Positions 1-35,213 of a DNA stretch of 64,000 nt are shown in pieces. The translations under genes were made by a program, and so were the position numbers. The stretch comes from Flaccisagitta enflata (taxonomy: Eukaryota): assembly GCA_965153355.1 (NCBI GenBank), contig OZ231126.1, positions 27,528,001 to 27,592,000 on the forward strand, read 5' to 3'. Every line of letters begins with the position of its first letter. The stretch's first letter is position 1. The notes under the pieces are model-generated. The model was not told where the DNA came from and searched no databases. It saw only the letters and a list, made by a program, of their open reading frames with translations.

Positions 1-438
1 GTCCTTATTCTAGTTTCTGGTTTAGTAGTAATGTTGTCCAACTTTCTTGAACATGCACCTATCCTTACCCCTCTTGAATGCCTGTTGGCAGAAATAAAGC
101 GAAAAAACAGGTCTGGGCTCGTTCAAACTTGATCTGGTTTCGTTATCTGAAAATGTTTGTTCAAGTTGAATTTATCTGGTTTATTGAGAAAAAATTTCTC
201 TTGAGCATCCATGGATAGTTATGTAGGGGGGGAGGGAAAGTGGACCAGTAAGAGCCAGTCTGGTGGGGGGTGGGGGGTCAGTGATGATTAAAAGCTAGTC
301 TGAGTTATAATTGCCCGACTTGCCGTTTCTGGGGTTTATCATGGATGGTAATCCTTGAGTGCCTAACGTTTATCATAAGACAGATAATATGTGAACTCTC
401 ATTTTCTGGTCCTGTTTGTCCATTTCTTCCTATTGCAG

Positions 439-21647
<21,209 letters not shown>

Positions 21648-24600
21648 CACTGATCAAGTGGGCGGAGGTGAGTTAGTTCGCCTTGACTTGACCGTGTCTT
21701 GTCGCGGTTTTGAGAAGGTTGACTATGACTACTGTACAGTTACGAATAGCGACCAACAATCTTATTCAACCGGATTCGAAAGAAACGGAAATCCGCCTAT
21801 TATGGACGTGTCTTTGTTATTTTCTTCAGCTTCTTGTATTCGCTAAAACAGAAATACGTTTGACAGTTAAAACTGGTTAGTCCCTTGACATCCGTTATTG
21901 CGGGGTTAAGACGCAGAGCGGAATCCGGCCGTCAGAGTTCAGTCGTCTCAATTTAGGGCCCCTTACCAATCTTTTTGTTTCCGTGTAATGAATTGGCCCG
22001 TCGAATTACACTTGGTTTACCTACTATCAGATATATTATCCATAAAAAAACAATATTGAGCCTAGGCAATGGCGCTAGGCAGGTCTAAACTGCTTAGAAA
22101 TTGAGGAATTCTTAAGGAAACTGAGTGCCAAGGCCCAATTGTGCCATTGAGTAAACCACATGGTACAGCAATGCCAATACTGCTGACGCCCAAATGATCA
22201 GACCTAGACCCAATTATAGTATATTTTGTGCTACAAAAAAAGTTTGAAGGCTCTCGGACTTGCATCATGTCCGTAAGCTAATTCCGCAAAGCAGAGGTCA
22301 GGATGACAATGACTTTTTAAGTATTTGTGAAATTTGAGTATTATGATGTAAGATGGCTTAAAAATCATAAGGGAATGGGTGTGTTTGATAGGTTATAGTG
22401 TTGTAACATGTTAAACAGCATTACTGGTCGGTTTGCACCTTGTGAGACTAATCTAACTAGGTTTATCAGATTTTCAAGAACATTTTTGATTGATTTTCAC
22501 AATTTCGAAAATATTATTTTCAATCTTGAGAATTTCAAATCTTTAAAAGAAATAGAAATTTTGCATTTTTGAAAACATACCGGCCTCCGTATTACAAATG
22601 GCTAGCCCGGTATGTTTTTGTTTTTTTGAAATACTCATTTTCTATGCAAATTTGAAATTCTCAGTGAATTAGTTATGTCACAGTTCTATATTTTGTTTTC
22701 TCTGATTTTCCTTAGAAAATAACTAAGTTCACAAGACATGGTAATGATCATTTAAACAACATACTGATCGGCGCGGTTGGTAAAGAAAAAAGGGCTGGAT
22801 ACATAGTTCTTCAAGTCTCGGGCTAATGGGCAGGGGCAGTGACATAAAAGGCTACTCAAGCACTTGGGCAGGGGCAGTGCAGCCGGTTATCCTATATTTC
22901 TTACGATCGTAAGTTCATGGGTTAGAAGGCTTACAATCGTAGGTTTTCTGGACTCTTTTATAATGGGAAAATGGGTTTTTCCTTCATAACCCAAAAAGCG
23001 CTAAATCGATTTTTTTCATTTCTTGGTTTAATATTGTTAGTGAGACCACTAATCTTCGCCAAAAGGAATTGTCATCGCCACTCTTCTATAAATAGGTGAA
23101 ATATGATGATGAATGTGGCTTTCTACAATGCTTACGATTCTAGGTTTTCTTGCCTAGAAAGCTTACGATTCTAGAAACTTGCATAGAAAGCTTACGATTC
23201 TAGGTCTTTGTTGATATGGACTCGGAATCAATTGCCGCTGTCAGGTTGTTTTGTTTTTATGTGCGTCCTCCCATATCTTTATGGGGATGTGTCTGTTGGT
23301 CTGTCGATTGATCTGTCAGTTGGTTGGTTGGTTGGTCCCTCAATCACGCAAATGTTTGGAATACTATTAAATCCAAGCTCTTTCATCACACAAGCAGCGC
23401 CAATCGATTCTCATTCATTTATTCATTCATTCATTCATTTATTAATTCATTCATTCATTCATTAATTCATTCATACATTTAAAAAAAAATTCATACATTT
23501 ATAAACTATAAACATATAAACAACATTCATTCAATCAAATCAATCATTCGCATTTGTTAAGAGGATAAGTCTGCTAAATTTGGATACACTCGCCAGGAGT
23601 GTCAAGAATGTATAGCTTTTAACTGACAAGGACATTGTTTCAAGAGTGTTTCTCATACAAATTTCAAATTTCATTGCATTTTCCTTGACTCATTTTCCTG
23701 GTTAGGGTACAAATTATTCCAAAAACAAGTCTAAACCAAGATTAAGACAAACTTAGTTGGACAGAGACAGAGAGCAACCGACAAAATAAAGGACAAAAAG
23801 ACCAATGGAATGACAGTATGGCAAGGATCAATTCTAAGAAAACGTTTCATTGTTCTAGCTTCCAACCTCATCCAGTCTAGCTATGTTTTAAGACAGAAAT
23901 TGTTGTTGAATGGATGAATATCAAACAACTCCGGACACATGGCAAGACAGTTGTGGACGGTTGGGCAGGGGCAATAATACAACAGGTCGCTTAAGCAACA
24001 TATGGTCAGCGGTTCCCGTTGCTTATTGTTTTTTATCATTGTTTGGAAAGAATTTGGAGAATGGGCCAGCGGCCCGGAGAAGCTAATGACCAATGATTCC
24101 ACACAGGGTAATTTTGTCATGGGTAGTCCGACTAGGTTTGAGGCCTGAGAGGGCTGATTTGAGGCTATGGTGTGTTGATTCAAAAATTCTGATTTGAGGC
24201 CTGGGAGGGCAAATTTGAGGCCTGGGAGGGCATATCAATAGTCTTCGAGGGCTGATTTGAAGTGTGAAAGAGCTGATTTTATAAACTTTTGAAAATAGAT
24301 TTGCTATCAAATGCCATTGAGATGATCTATGTCTCCAATCATGATGAAAGACGACATCTCCGAGTTGCTTACACCTCTATTCCGGAAAATCATTGGCTAC
24401 AGATGGTCTCAAAGTGTATTTGAACTGCAAAAATTACTGGGGAGACCATCATGGGAAGATCTTGTTGACACAAGAAACAAGTCGCAAAAGCGTTAGATGG
24501 TCAGCGGCACCCGTGCCCTGAACAAGTAGGTTGTGGTTGAAGTTGAGGGGGGAGCAGGGCAGCGGCCCCAAGGGGCCGATGACCTATGCTTTCACACACT

Positions 24601-25044
24601 GAATTTTTCCTCCTCCTCCTCCGTACCTTTCTTCCCAACCTCCAGGCCCATAATTCAGCCTCGATGCCATATCCCAGCTTGAGGCCCAAATCCCAGTCTT
24701 GAGGCCCAAATCCCTTGAGACTGGGATTTAGGCCTTGGGGTTGGGATTTGGGCCTTGGGGTTGGGATTTGGGCCTCAAGACAGGGATTTGGGCCTCAAGG
24801 CTGGGATATGGGCCTTGAGGCTGAAATATGGGCCTGGAGGTTGGGGGGAGGGGGGGTACGTAGAAGGAGAATGAGTAGAACATTCCCCATATGTGTGAAA
24901 GCATAGGTCATTGGCCCCTTCGGGGCCGCTGCCCAAAGACGGCTTTCTTAATAGAGTTTGTGAAAGTTCTGTCAGTACCCTCGCAGGTGATTTTTCTCTC
25001 ATGAATTATTTTTGTGATGGTATTACTTTTGTTTGTTTTTAAAC

Positions 25045-25361
25045 CAGGGATGTATATAGTTCTATGATTTCTGATTAATTTCCCCCCCCCCCCTGCCTTT
25101 CATTTTGTTTCCCGCAACATGTCGCGTGGCATTACAAAAGTTATGATTTTCTTCCCTATATAGGAAGAAAACAGTGTTTTTAAGGTTTGAATAGTGTTTT
25201 ACTAATCGGTTTTTATGATTTGGTACTGCAAAAATTTTTATTTTCCCCAAATTTTCTTTTTTTCTCTTTTTTCCCTCTTAAATTTTTTCCCCATCTCCAA
25301 ATCTTTTGATTATTTCCCCTCCCCCCCATGGGGGGGGGATGTAGAACTATATACAGGTCTG
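25045..25361. mobile_element. hAT-like MITE family A, copy 2
   Basis: Internal sequence similar to 701-1025; perfect 8-bp TSD TTTTAAAC. Confidence 0.85.
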
Positions 25362-25893
25362 TTTTAAACTTGATTATTGTACTACACATCCTTGTGTAAA
25401 TACAAATCAAAAATAAACAGAAAAACAATATATGGTTGTTTAACATTTTATTGACACATGCACACTCAGTCAAAGGAGTCCTAGTAGGGTCCTAACTTCG
25501 CGAGCGATTGAGATGCACAAAGAGTTAAAGCAAGTTATGTATGTGTAGTTCAAGTTTGGAAACTATTAGGCATGTTCCAAGGGACAATATGTCCTTCGGA
25601 GGGAGGGGAGGGGAATCATTTTGTCCCTCCCCCGAAGGGAGCCGAAAGACCCGAATGTTTTGCTTTATCAATAATACTACTTCATTTCAGGTTGGAAATA
25701 GCGGGCATACGCCAGAGGAGAGAGCAAAAACAGTTTTAGATCACTTCCAGAACGTTATGAAAGGAAACCTAGGAAACAAAATAAGTAACTAAGGTCTTAC
25801 AACTGATACGTAATAATACGTTATACGTTATAATCCATTTCTTTTTAAACAAAACTGAACCCGGGCTAATAATCTTGGACATTCAGGTGGATT

Positions 25894-25982
<89 letters not shown>

Positions 25983-26039
25983 AATGATGTCAACGCAAAT
26001 GTTGCCAGACTTGTAATCAACACAGTCAGAAGTGATTAT

Positions 26040-27653
26040 CAGGCCTGGTCACTATCGGTGTGTCTCTTTTATTTTTGTCATCTCATACTTTCTAAAAAAA
26101 TCGTGCAAATGAGCGTTCTCAGCATTCTTTTTAGTCGCGGACACGCGACCTTGCCGTGTAGGTCGGTCCGTCCGTCCCGTAACATTTCTAAATTCTGAAC
26201 AATTTTCGCACTACTGCTCCTGCCCGACCGTCCGCGACTGTATTGCCGTGTATCCGGCCTTGTTACCTCTTCGCTTTCGATCCTTCCACCAATTTATCAT
26301 TCATTCGTTCATTTATTTATTCATTCATTTACTCATTCATCCATCCATCCATCCATTCATTCATTTTTTCATTCTCTCTTTCTTTCATCGCAAGAAAAAT
26401 ATTCCATTAGGCGTTTAAAAGTGTGACACTGAAATTTCAACTTCATTTGATAAATCAATGTTTCTTTTTTCAACTGAGAAAAAAAAGTCAATTTGTGTGC
26501 CTGGTCTAAAAATGTTTGAATGAACATTTTGGACGAATTGATATTTTTGATGATTGCGGGCATGTATGGATAAAAATTGGAAGTGAATGAAAATGAATGA
26601 AAGTGAATGAAAGATGATGAAAGTACAGCTAAACCCCGCTCTAATGTATTTCAGGGGACTAACAATTTTATTCTGTTATATGCGGAATTCTGTTGTTACC
26701 AATAAAAAAATAAAAAAAATAATTTGAAGGGACCATATACTTCCAGCTGTTATAGGCGGATTTCCGCTGGTTGCGGGTCCGTTATAGCGGGGTTCAACTG
26801 TAAATGAAAGTAAATGAAAGTAGGAAGGTTGCAAGAATAAAGGACGCCAGGATTGGCTGTTTTGCGCTGTTTTGACATTTGCGTGATAGACTGACAGATC
26901 AACCAACTGAGGGGCAGACATGACCTCTTATGCGAGGACGCACAAAGAAATAAAGCAGGCCTGCATATTATTGGGTTCCCCCCCCCCCCCCCGTCTGGAA
27001 ATGGGGAAAAAGAGAAAAAAAGGAAATTTAGGGAAAATTTAACTTTTGACAGTACAAAATCATAAAACACAATTAGTAAAACACAAAATCACAAAATCAT
27101 AAAACACAATTTGTAAAACACAATTTTATACTATTTAAACCTTAACTACATTGTTTTATTGCTATATAGGGAAGAAAACCATAGGTATAAAAATGTGACG
27201 CGACGCGTTGCGGGGAAAAAAAATCAAAAGCGACTCAATAATATACACCCCTGAAATAAAGTCAAATTAAGCTTAGCCTAACTCATTTTTAGTCGCGGAC
27301 ACGCGATTCTACACCTTAACTTGTTGGTCCATCCGTCCATCCGTCAGTCACATATCTAAATTGTGAGCGTTTTTTGCATTACTGCTCCTGCCCAACCGTC
27401 CGCGACTGGATTGCCTTGTATCCGGCCTTGTTGATATGAACAGTTTTTTTTTAACATGGCATCAAAACGCGCTAAAAATAAGAACGTTGTAGTTATTTCA
27501 TTAACAGCCATGTTTTGAAGGCGAAAATGTACAGAGTATGGCAAAATTAAACTACCCTATTTACCGGGCACGCTCTTTCCTTGTCGGGCACGCTAAAATT
27601 TTGTGGGGCGTGCCCGGCATGCACGCTTAGATAAAATACTAATTTCAGGCCTG
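26040..27653. mobile_element. hAT-like element carrying several nested short elements
   Basis: CAGGCCTG at both ends; 8-bp TSD GTGATTAT / GTGATAAT. Confidence 0.65.
26956..27253. mobile_element. hAT-like MITE family A, copy 3 (inverted)
   Basis: CAGGCCTGCATA...TATACACCCCTG; perfect 8-bp TSD AAATAAAG. Confidence 0.85.
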
Positions 27654-29154
27654 GTGATAATCATTTTTAATTGAATCTGAGTTCCTCTGATCACTCGACT
27701 GACCAATCATATCATTATCACTATCATTACAATTTTCCCAGTCGCTCATACTATTGTTTAGCAAGGGGCCATATCATCCGCCACTTTTTCTTTCTTATGC
27801 TTTTTGTCATTATGTCATGTATCTGATGAATGTGTAAGCCTCTGTCACTTATTTTTGCTGACGTGATAAAACTGGTATGAAAATTAATTTAAACTTTTTT
27901 TAAAGAAGATATCTTTAAGGATTTTTAGGTGCGACAAAGCACCTCTTTAACTGGCTCTGTCCATTGGTCGGTCGGTTGGTTGATTGGTTGGTCGGGTAAC
28001 GCATTCGTTCGACGATCCACACGTCGCACATATTGGCCTACTTCGCCTTTTTGAAAAATCTTTCAATTTAGACTAATCCCAGCTCTGTATCTCTAATGGT
28101 TTAGAAGCTAAAGCCCACCTAAGAGAAGAACTGATTTGCTAAAATGCATTTTTGTATAAGGATTGCAAAACTGAAATGGGCAATGTTTTTACTCAAACTA
28201 ATGCCATTTCTAAACGGAAAAAGATAGCAACACCAATTTAGCGCCAAATGAAAGTACTTTCAAAGACGTAAAATTTTAATAGGTTTTTCTTTGATTCATA
28301 GGTAAAATTAACCATCCAAAAGTGCGTCTTTATTTGTGAGTCATTTGGTAAAGAATATATATATAATGAGACAGTGCCACGACCCGACCCAGAAGCCATA
28401 ATTGCGTACCCTGAAGTTTCACTACCTACATGGGATGGTGAATCTTGCGTTATCTTTTTTCGCTCGGGAAAATCTTACAAAAAATGCATTTCTATATCAC
28501 CGCCCATCCATAATGATTTCTTAACACCAAGTTACTTGTTCTCATTTGCATCACTACAACAATAGTTGCGGACTAGTGACTGAAAAGGCTTTGTCCGCCC
28601 GTCTGTTGGTCCATCCGCGCCCTGTGTAAGCACAAGTCTGAGTGGGAAACTAGCGTTAAGAAATAATGCTTTTTGTAATTGAGTATGCCGATGGGGGGGG
28701 GGGGGGGGTGAGGGCGCATGAGGTGTGGATGGGGGTAGGCATGGTCTGCATTGAATTTTTATCGCAAATTTCGTGAAATTATTATTGGAAAAAAGTCGAA
28801 TTACGTAATTCGACTTTTTGAAACGTAGGGGAGAAATAAAGTTTTCCATTTTTGATTTGGGACAATTTTAGGAAGTTGAGCCGTTTTGGGGCTGGGATGA
28901 TACATTTTTTGATATTCATAGCTAAGAAAGAGCTTATTTTTCTCTTTCAGATGGCGCCAACCAGAAGTCTCTACGATCAATATTTTTGGCGCTATGAATT
29001 TTTGAATCTTTTAATATTTTTTCGCATTTTTGCAAAAATCAATATTTTTCATTGATCCCATTTTTCAGCCCCATGTAACAAGAGTGAAGAGTCAAGATGT
29101 TACACAAATTGGCCCTAACTTTTATGACGCTAGGTTTTGCATTTTACTCTGCTT

Positions 29155-29690
<536 letters not shown>

Positions 29691-31264
29691 GACAAAGGAA
29701 GACCAAAAAAGAGACACAGAGAGACAGATTAAATGACAAAAACAGGCAGGCAGTCAACCAGACATCATGAGATGCACACACAAGAACATGCACTGAAAAA
29801 AAAGACTCCCATTTACGACTTTTTTCCGGTCGGCGAGAGCCGCCTTTATTGGTAAAAATGTTCAATTTTACAGTTTTAAAAGGTTGATTGTGATACATTT
29901 AAAGTAGAAAATAGTACTGTTCTTGTTGTTAAGCCAGTTGCCAAAACATTCGGGATAATTCGGAGGAATAATGAAATCATTTGTGGGAATCCGAAACAAC
30001 AGAAAAAATGTATTATTTGTCCGAAATATTTCGGACATCCAAATATTCCCTCCATGCCTAGAAACTATCAAGGTCATCCGTTAAGTGCAATGATTCCACC
30101 AAGGACGTTTTGTGACAGGGGGTCCGGGTCATCGGCGGATCTTTGTCATAAGTTTCTTTTGTTGACCTTCCTTCAGTTAGGGGGGGTCATACAGGGTTGA
30201 TTTTGGAAATTCCTTATGGAACTCTGGAATCTGGGGGTTGGTTTTGTGTAGAAAAGGTTAGAAAATTTTTTGGGTATCTCCCTTTTAAGTAAAAATAATC
30301 CATTTTTGATAAAAAATGAGGTATGCGATAGGCGAAAATCGCAAAAATTGAAAAAAATCGCAAAAATTGACAAGATAGAGGCCATTGGTAGTAACCATCA
30401 GGACACTACAAAACATTCATTTTTGATCTAGATGATGTATTTTTGCCTTACCCTTACCATTTATGGTAATAATTAGGCTTTTTACGCAAGATTTTTCTCA
30501 TTTTCAGAGCTTTATACATAATGCTGTTGAGCCAATAATTAGCAAAAATCAAAGAAATTGCAGAAATCTTTAAAAATGGATAAAATTGTTCAGCCTGTTG
30601 TGTGATAGAAAAAATTGTTCCTGATTATTCTAAAGATGTTTGTTTGAATCAGTATTCTTGTTATTCTAAAATTCCTTTCCCTTGTATGTTAAAAAATAAC
30701 ATTTTTTATCTATAGAATATTTGCAAAAATACTCAAAAAAGGGCAAAATCAGTAAAAATTGCAAAAATCAGTGCTCAAGCTTCTTCCTCCAGGACTTGCA
30801 ACCTGGCATGGGTGTTTTACTTAATTTTTTTTCTGTTTTTTTTTTCTTTCAAATCAATGTTAGCACCTACACAAATATGGGTAGGGCTTCATGGTCAAAC
30901 TAGAAACCAGTTTGACAAAATCTTTAACCACTAAGGCAATTCCATCAAAAGCGGACCAAAATGTAAAATCACCTTTAAAGTACCTAAAGTACCTTTAAAT
31001 GCACAATTAGGTGATGAGGTAAAAATGTAAACCACTAAGGCAAAAATAAATAGTAATAAACACTGAACAATTTAAATTGAAAATTAAATTGAAAAGAAAT
31101 TGTAAAGATAAATAACTGAGCACGTTCTGTGCTAGATCACCAAGACCTCAGTAACAAGTCATAAAGAAAATAAAATGCTATCAAGGTAAAAAAGTAAATG
31201 AGCAGGATTTGTGCAAAATCACCAAGACCTCATTTACTATTTTCAATAATCTCATTCATCATTC

Positions 31265-31460
31265 TGAGATGAAACCTTTCCTAGCTTCTTGTCCAACCAC
31301 GGCAGCAGAAGCCTCAGAGACAGATGATAGCCCTTTCCACTGCACTGGGTGTGGCATGGGTAATGAGGTATTTCTCTTTGATGGCAAGTAGTTCAGCTTC
31401 CTTGAAGTCCAAAGTGAAAGGTGGCTCTGTCAACTTGGCTGATTACCAGTCAACCTTTGA
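31265..31460 (-). pseudogene. Frameshifted transposase C-terminal remnant (hAT/hATm-like)
   Basis: Across frameshifts reads LTEPPFTLDF...YPCHTQ/AVERAI/VSEASAAVVGQEARKGFI, matching the 'EPPLT..PCHTQAVER..VTEAS..V.G..RDGFI' tail I recall from invertebrate cut-and-paste transposases; the superfamily is inferred. Confidence 0.7.
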
Positions 31461-32700
31461 AGCAGCTTTGAACTTTGGTCCACAACACCAGTGCAGTCAA
31501 AGACATTTTTCAGCAGGGTTTATCTTGCAGCAACAGAGGAAAGGGGGGGTTAACTTTTGTGCCAAAGAGGGCAAAAATCCTCCAAACGCACCTCATGCAG
31601 TCAAAGTGGAGACAGACTCCAACCAATCTTTGAGCTGGGATATCAATTTTTTGGTAACTGTTTCTGTGAAACCATTTATGGCATGGGGGTGTGATCACAA
31701 TCATGCTGGTCTGGGCAAATTCCAACCCATTTCTTGACTATCTCTTTGAAAGAGCATTAAAAGTCAAAAAAGTCATAAGTCATAAGATTGAACGTTTTGA
31801 TTTTTTTTACATAATTTGTTCAAAAAATAAGTCTCTTTTATTACCTTATTTTAGTGTTACGATTTTAAACTGTAATTCTATAAGAGGAAATTTCAAATGT
31901 TCTGATCCTAGTGACTCATATGTTTTTTGCATAACTAATGGATTTTTTAAAAATTTTACTCAATAAATGAGGTTTTGGTGAGCTGAAACAGCTCCCACTC
32001 AGTCATTTCGTTGTTTTTGTTTTGTTTTGTTTTTATTTGAAATGTGCATATTTTTTCATGTTTGCTTCTTCATTTGCTCAAGTCTTAAGTGGTTAACAGG
32101 TCGCCCCAGGGCTATATGTGGTCAGCGATACCCGTTGCCCTGCTTTGCATGGTTGTGAATCAGAATGAGAGGAAGCAACGAAGCGGCACTGAAAGGGATG
32201 AAGTCCTGTAGAACACAGGGGGACTTTTGTTTGTTCGTCGTATGTCTGTCCATTCATCGCTCCCCCTCAGGCCCTCTCAGGCCTTAAATCTGCCCTCTCA
32301 GGCCTGAAATCTGCCCTCACAGGCCTGAAATCTGCCCTCTTAGGCCCTGAATTGGAGAGGATACATTAAGGCCTGAGAGGGCAGATTTCAGGCCTGAGAG
32401 GGCAGATTTCAGGCCTAAGAGGGCCTGGGGGGGGACAAACAGATGGAAGGATGAATGAACAAACGAATAAACAAAAGTCCCCCCGTGTTCTACAGGACTT
32501 CATCCCATTTGGGGCGGCTGCCCAAAAAACAGCCGTTTCATCGAACTGGTTTCTAGTTTGACCATGAAGCCCTACCTATATTTGTGTAGGTGCAAATATG
32601 ATTTGAAAAAAACAAAAAAACAAATAAACTCTGAAAAAAAAAACAGAAAAAACTAAGGTAAAAGACCCATGCCAGGTCCTGGAGGAAGAAGCTTGAGCAC

Positions 32701-33048
32701 TACGTCCCATGAACCGCCCCAAACTTCGACGATGACTCTCACCAATCTTACCATGGTTGAGGCTTGGTAAAAAAACATCCCATGCAAAATTTCAGGCCTC
32801 TGGAACAGCAGGAACCTTTGTCAGGGTGACCATGAAGTTTCCATGGAAACCTATGGCAGAGTAAAAAATTGCATAATAGAAATATTGATTCCAATGCTTA
32901 TTCAATACAAACTTCAACCTCACCCTGACGAAGGTTCCTGCTATCTCAGAGGCCCAAAATTTTGCATGGAATGTTTTTTTACCAAGCCTCAACTGTGGTA
33001 AGATTGGTGAGAGCCATAGTCAAAGTTTGGGGCGCTTCACGGGACGTA
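32701..33048. mobile_element. Palindromic hAT-like MITE inserted in the right arm of the 30177-33599 element
   Basis: TACGTCCC...GGGACGTA; perfect 8-bp TSD TTGAGCAC; absent from the left arm. Confidence 0.9.
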
Positions 33049-33736
33049 TTGAGCACTGATTTTTGCAATTTTTATTGATTTTGCTTATTTTCGTGTTTTT
33101 TTTTTTTTTTTGCAATTATTCTATGGATAAATTTTTTTTTTTTTAACATGCAAGGGAAAGGAATCTTAGAATAACAAGAATACATATTTTTTAGAATAAT
33201 CAGGAACAATTTTTTTTATCACACAACATATTTCTATAATTTCTTTGATTTTTGCTTAACGGCATTATGTATAAAGCTCTGAAAATGAGAAAAATCTTGC
33301 ATTAAAAGCTTAAACTTTACCATAAATGGTAAGGGTAAGGCAAAAATACATCATCTAAACCAAAAATGAATGTTTTGTAGTGTCCTGATGGCTACTACCA
33401 ATGGCCTCTACCTTGGCAATTTTCGCGATTTTTGCAATTTTCGCCTATTGGATGCCTCATTTTTGATCAAAAATGGATTATTTTTCCTCAAAAGGAAGAT
33501 ACTCAAATTTTTTTCTTACCTTTTCTACACACAATCAACCCCCAGATTCCAGAGTTCCATAAGGAATTTCCAAAATCAACCCTGTATGACCCCCTCTAAA
33601 TATAGACTTACCCAATTTTTCATTTTGCTTTTCTTGAAATATCTCCGATATTGCTTGCCAGTTGCTTTTATGCCTAATTTCTCCAGTTTTGGAATATTTA
33701 CGCAAATTTAGCGGTTATTTGCGACCTGTGATCCCA

Positions 33737-33892
33737 TTTTTAGTTGCGGACACGCAACTCTATAAAAGGCTTTGTCCGTCCGTTGGTCGGTCGGTCGGTT
33801 GGTCCGTCACGCTCGAGTTGAAAAGTGGGAAAACGCGTATTTTCGCCCCTGCCCACCCGTCCGCAACTGATGGCCGTGTATCCGGCCTTGTT
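33737..33892 (+). mobile_element. Helentron-associated (HINE/DINE-1-like) short element, family 1 representative
   Basis: T-run, 5' hairpin AGTTGCG-GACA-CGCAACT, (GGTC/GTCC)n core, 3' subterminal IR TCCGCAACT, stem-loop GGCCG-TGTATC-CGGCC, ends TTGTT. Related copies ~16960-17089, 26128-26264, 27287-27432, 40964-41155, 45110-47063 (split), 62926-63067. Confidence 0.75.
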
Positions 33893-34941
33893 TACCTACT
33901 TCTTACAATCAACTGGAAAACAAAGAAGAATTTATATTTGGTCCTTTTTTAAAGGAATCCAAATCTGCAGTCAGAATTGTATTTTTCAAATTTTGAAACT
34001 TTTTCCCAAAAATGGTTCTAAGGGTCGATTTTGGGGTCATTTATGACTTTTGACCCCCATTTTGCCCCACTAACAAAAAAAAAAATGTAAAAAAGAAAAG
34101 GAGATTCTTCAGCTACTTTTTTAAGAAGAATTCAAATCTGCTTTCAAAATCGCGAAATTCCTATTTTGAAATTTTTACCAAAAAAATGGTTCGAAGGTTC
34201 AATTTGGGGGTCTTTTATGTCCTTTGACCCCCTTTTTGACCTACTTAAAATAAAAAAATGAAAAAAAGAAAAGTAGATTTTTCAGCTACTTTTTTGAGGG
34301 GAATCCAAATCTGCTTTCAGAATAGAAAAATTCCCATTTTGAAATTTTGACCCCTTATAGGGGGTCCCCTTGTGACCCCTTGACCTTTGACCTCCGTGGT
34401 GGAATCATCCCCGACCTTATTTTGACCTTCCAAAAGTGTAACATGGAAGGTAAGGACCTTATCTCTAATGTATTTCTTGTGCATGAGTCAACTCCAAAAA
34501 AAATGCCTGAAGTTAGGACTCTAGTCCTAGAATCGTAAGCTTTCTATGCAAGTTTCCTAGAATCGTAAGCTTTCTAAGCAAGAAAACCTAGAATCGTAAG
34601 CATTGTAGAAAGCTACATTTACCATCATATTTAACCTTTTTACAGAAGAGTGGCGATGATAGTTTTTGCACGCATAAGTGAGTATTCTCGCTCCAGATAC
34701 TGACCCAAAAAAAGAAAAAAAATCGAAGCAGCGCTTTTAAGGTTATGAAGAAATAACACAATTCCCCTTTGTTTTTTAGTCCAGAAAACCTACGATTGTA
34801 AGCCTTCTAACCCATGAACTTACGATCGTAAGAACTATAGGATAACCGGCTGCAGTGATATAAAAACCGCCAAAAGGCGTTAAACTAGGCTGAATACACG
34901 GCTATCCCCCCCGGCTCCACGTGTCTGTCTGTCAGACAAAT

Positions 34942-34996
<55 letters not shown>

Positions 34997-35121
34997 CTTC
35001 TCCTGATTTTTTCTTTCCTTTTTGTTTTCTTCATTCTTTCCTTTATTATGATGGAGTTGTCACTCTGCACGTTTCTGCGTAATTCCGTTGGTCCATCCCT
35101 CCGTCCCTCCATCCGAATGTT

Positions 35122-35213
<92 letters not shown>

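Larger units (their letters stand above)
30177..33599. mobile_element. Foldback DNA transposon with ~700-bp TIRs and a decayed transposase core
   Basis: TTAGGGGGGGTCATACAGGGTTGATTTTGGAAATTCC...GGAATTTCCAAAATCAACCCTGTATGACCCCCTCTAA; arms match over ~30177-30915 vs ~32545-33599. No clean TSD seen. Confidence 0.85.

Noticed and set aside
28-46. 19-bp exact match (GTAATGTTGTCCAACTTTC) also present at 10741-10759
   Set aside because: Similarity does not extend into the flanks; no interpretable structure.
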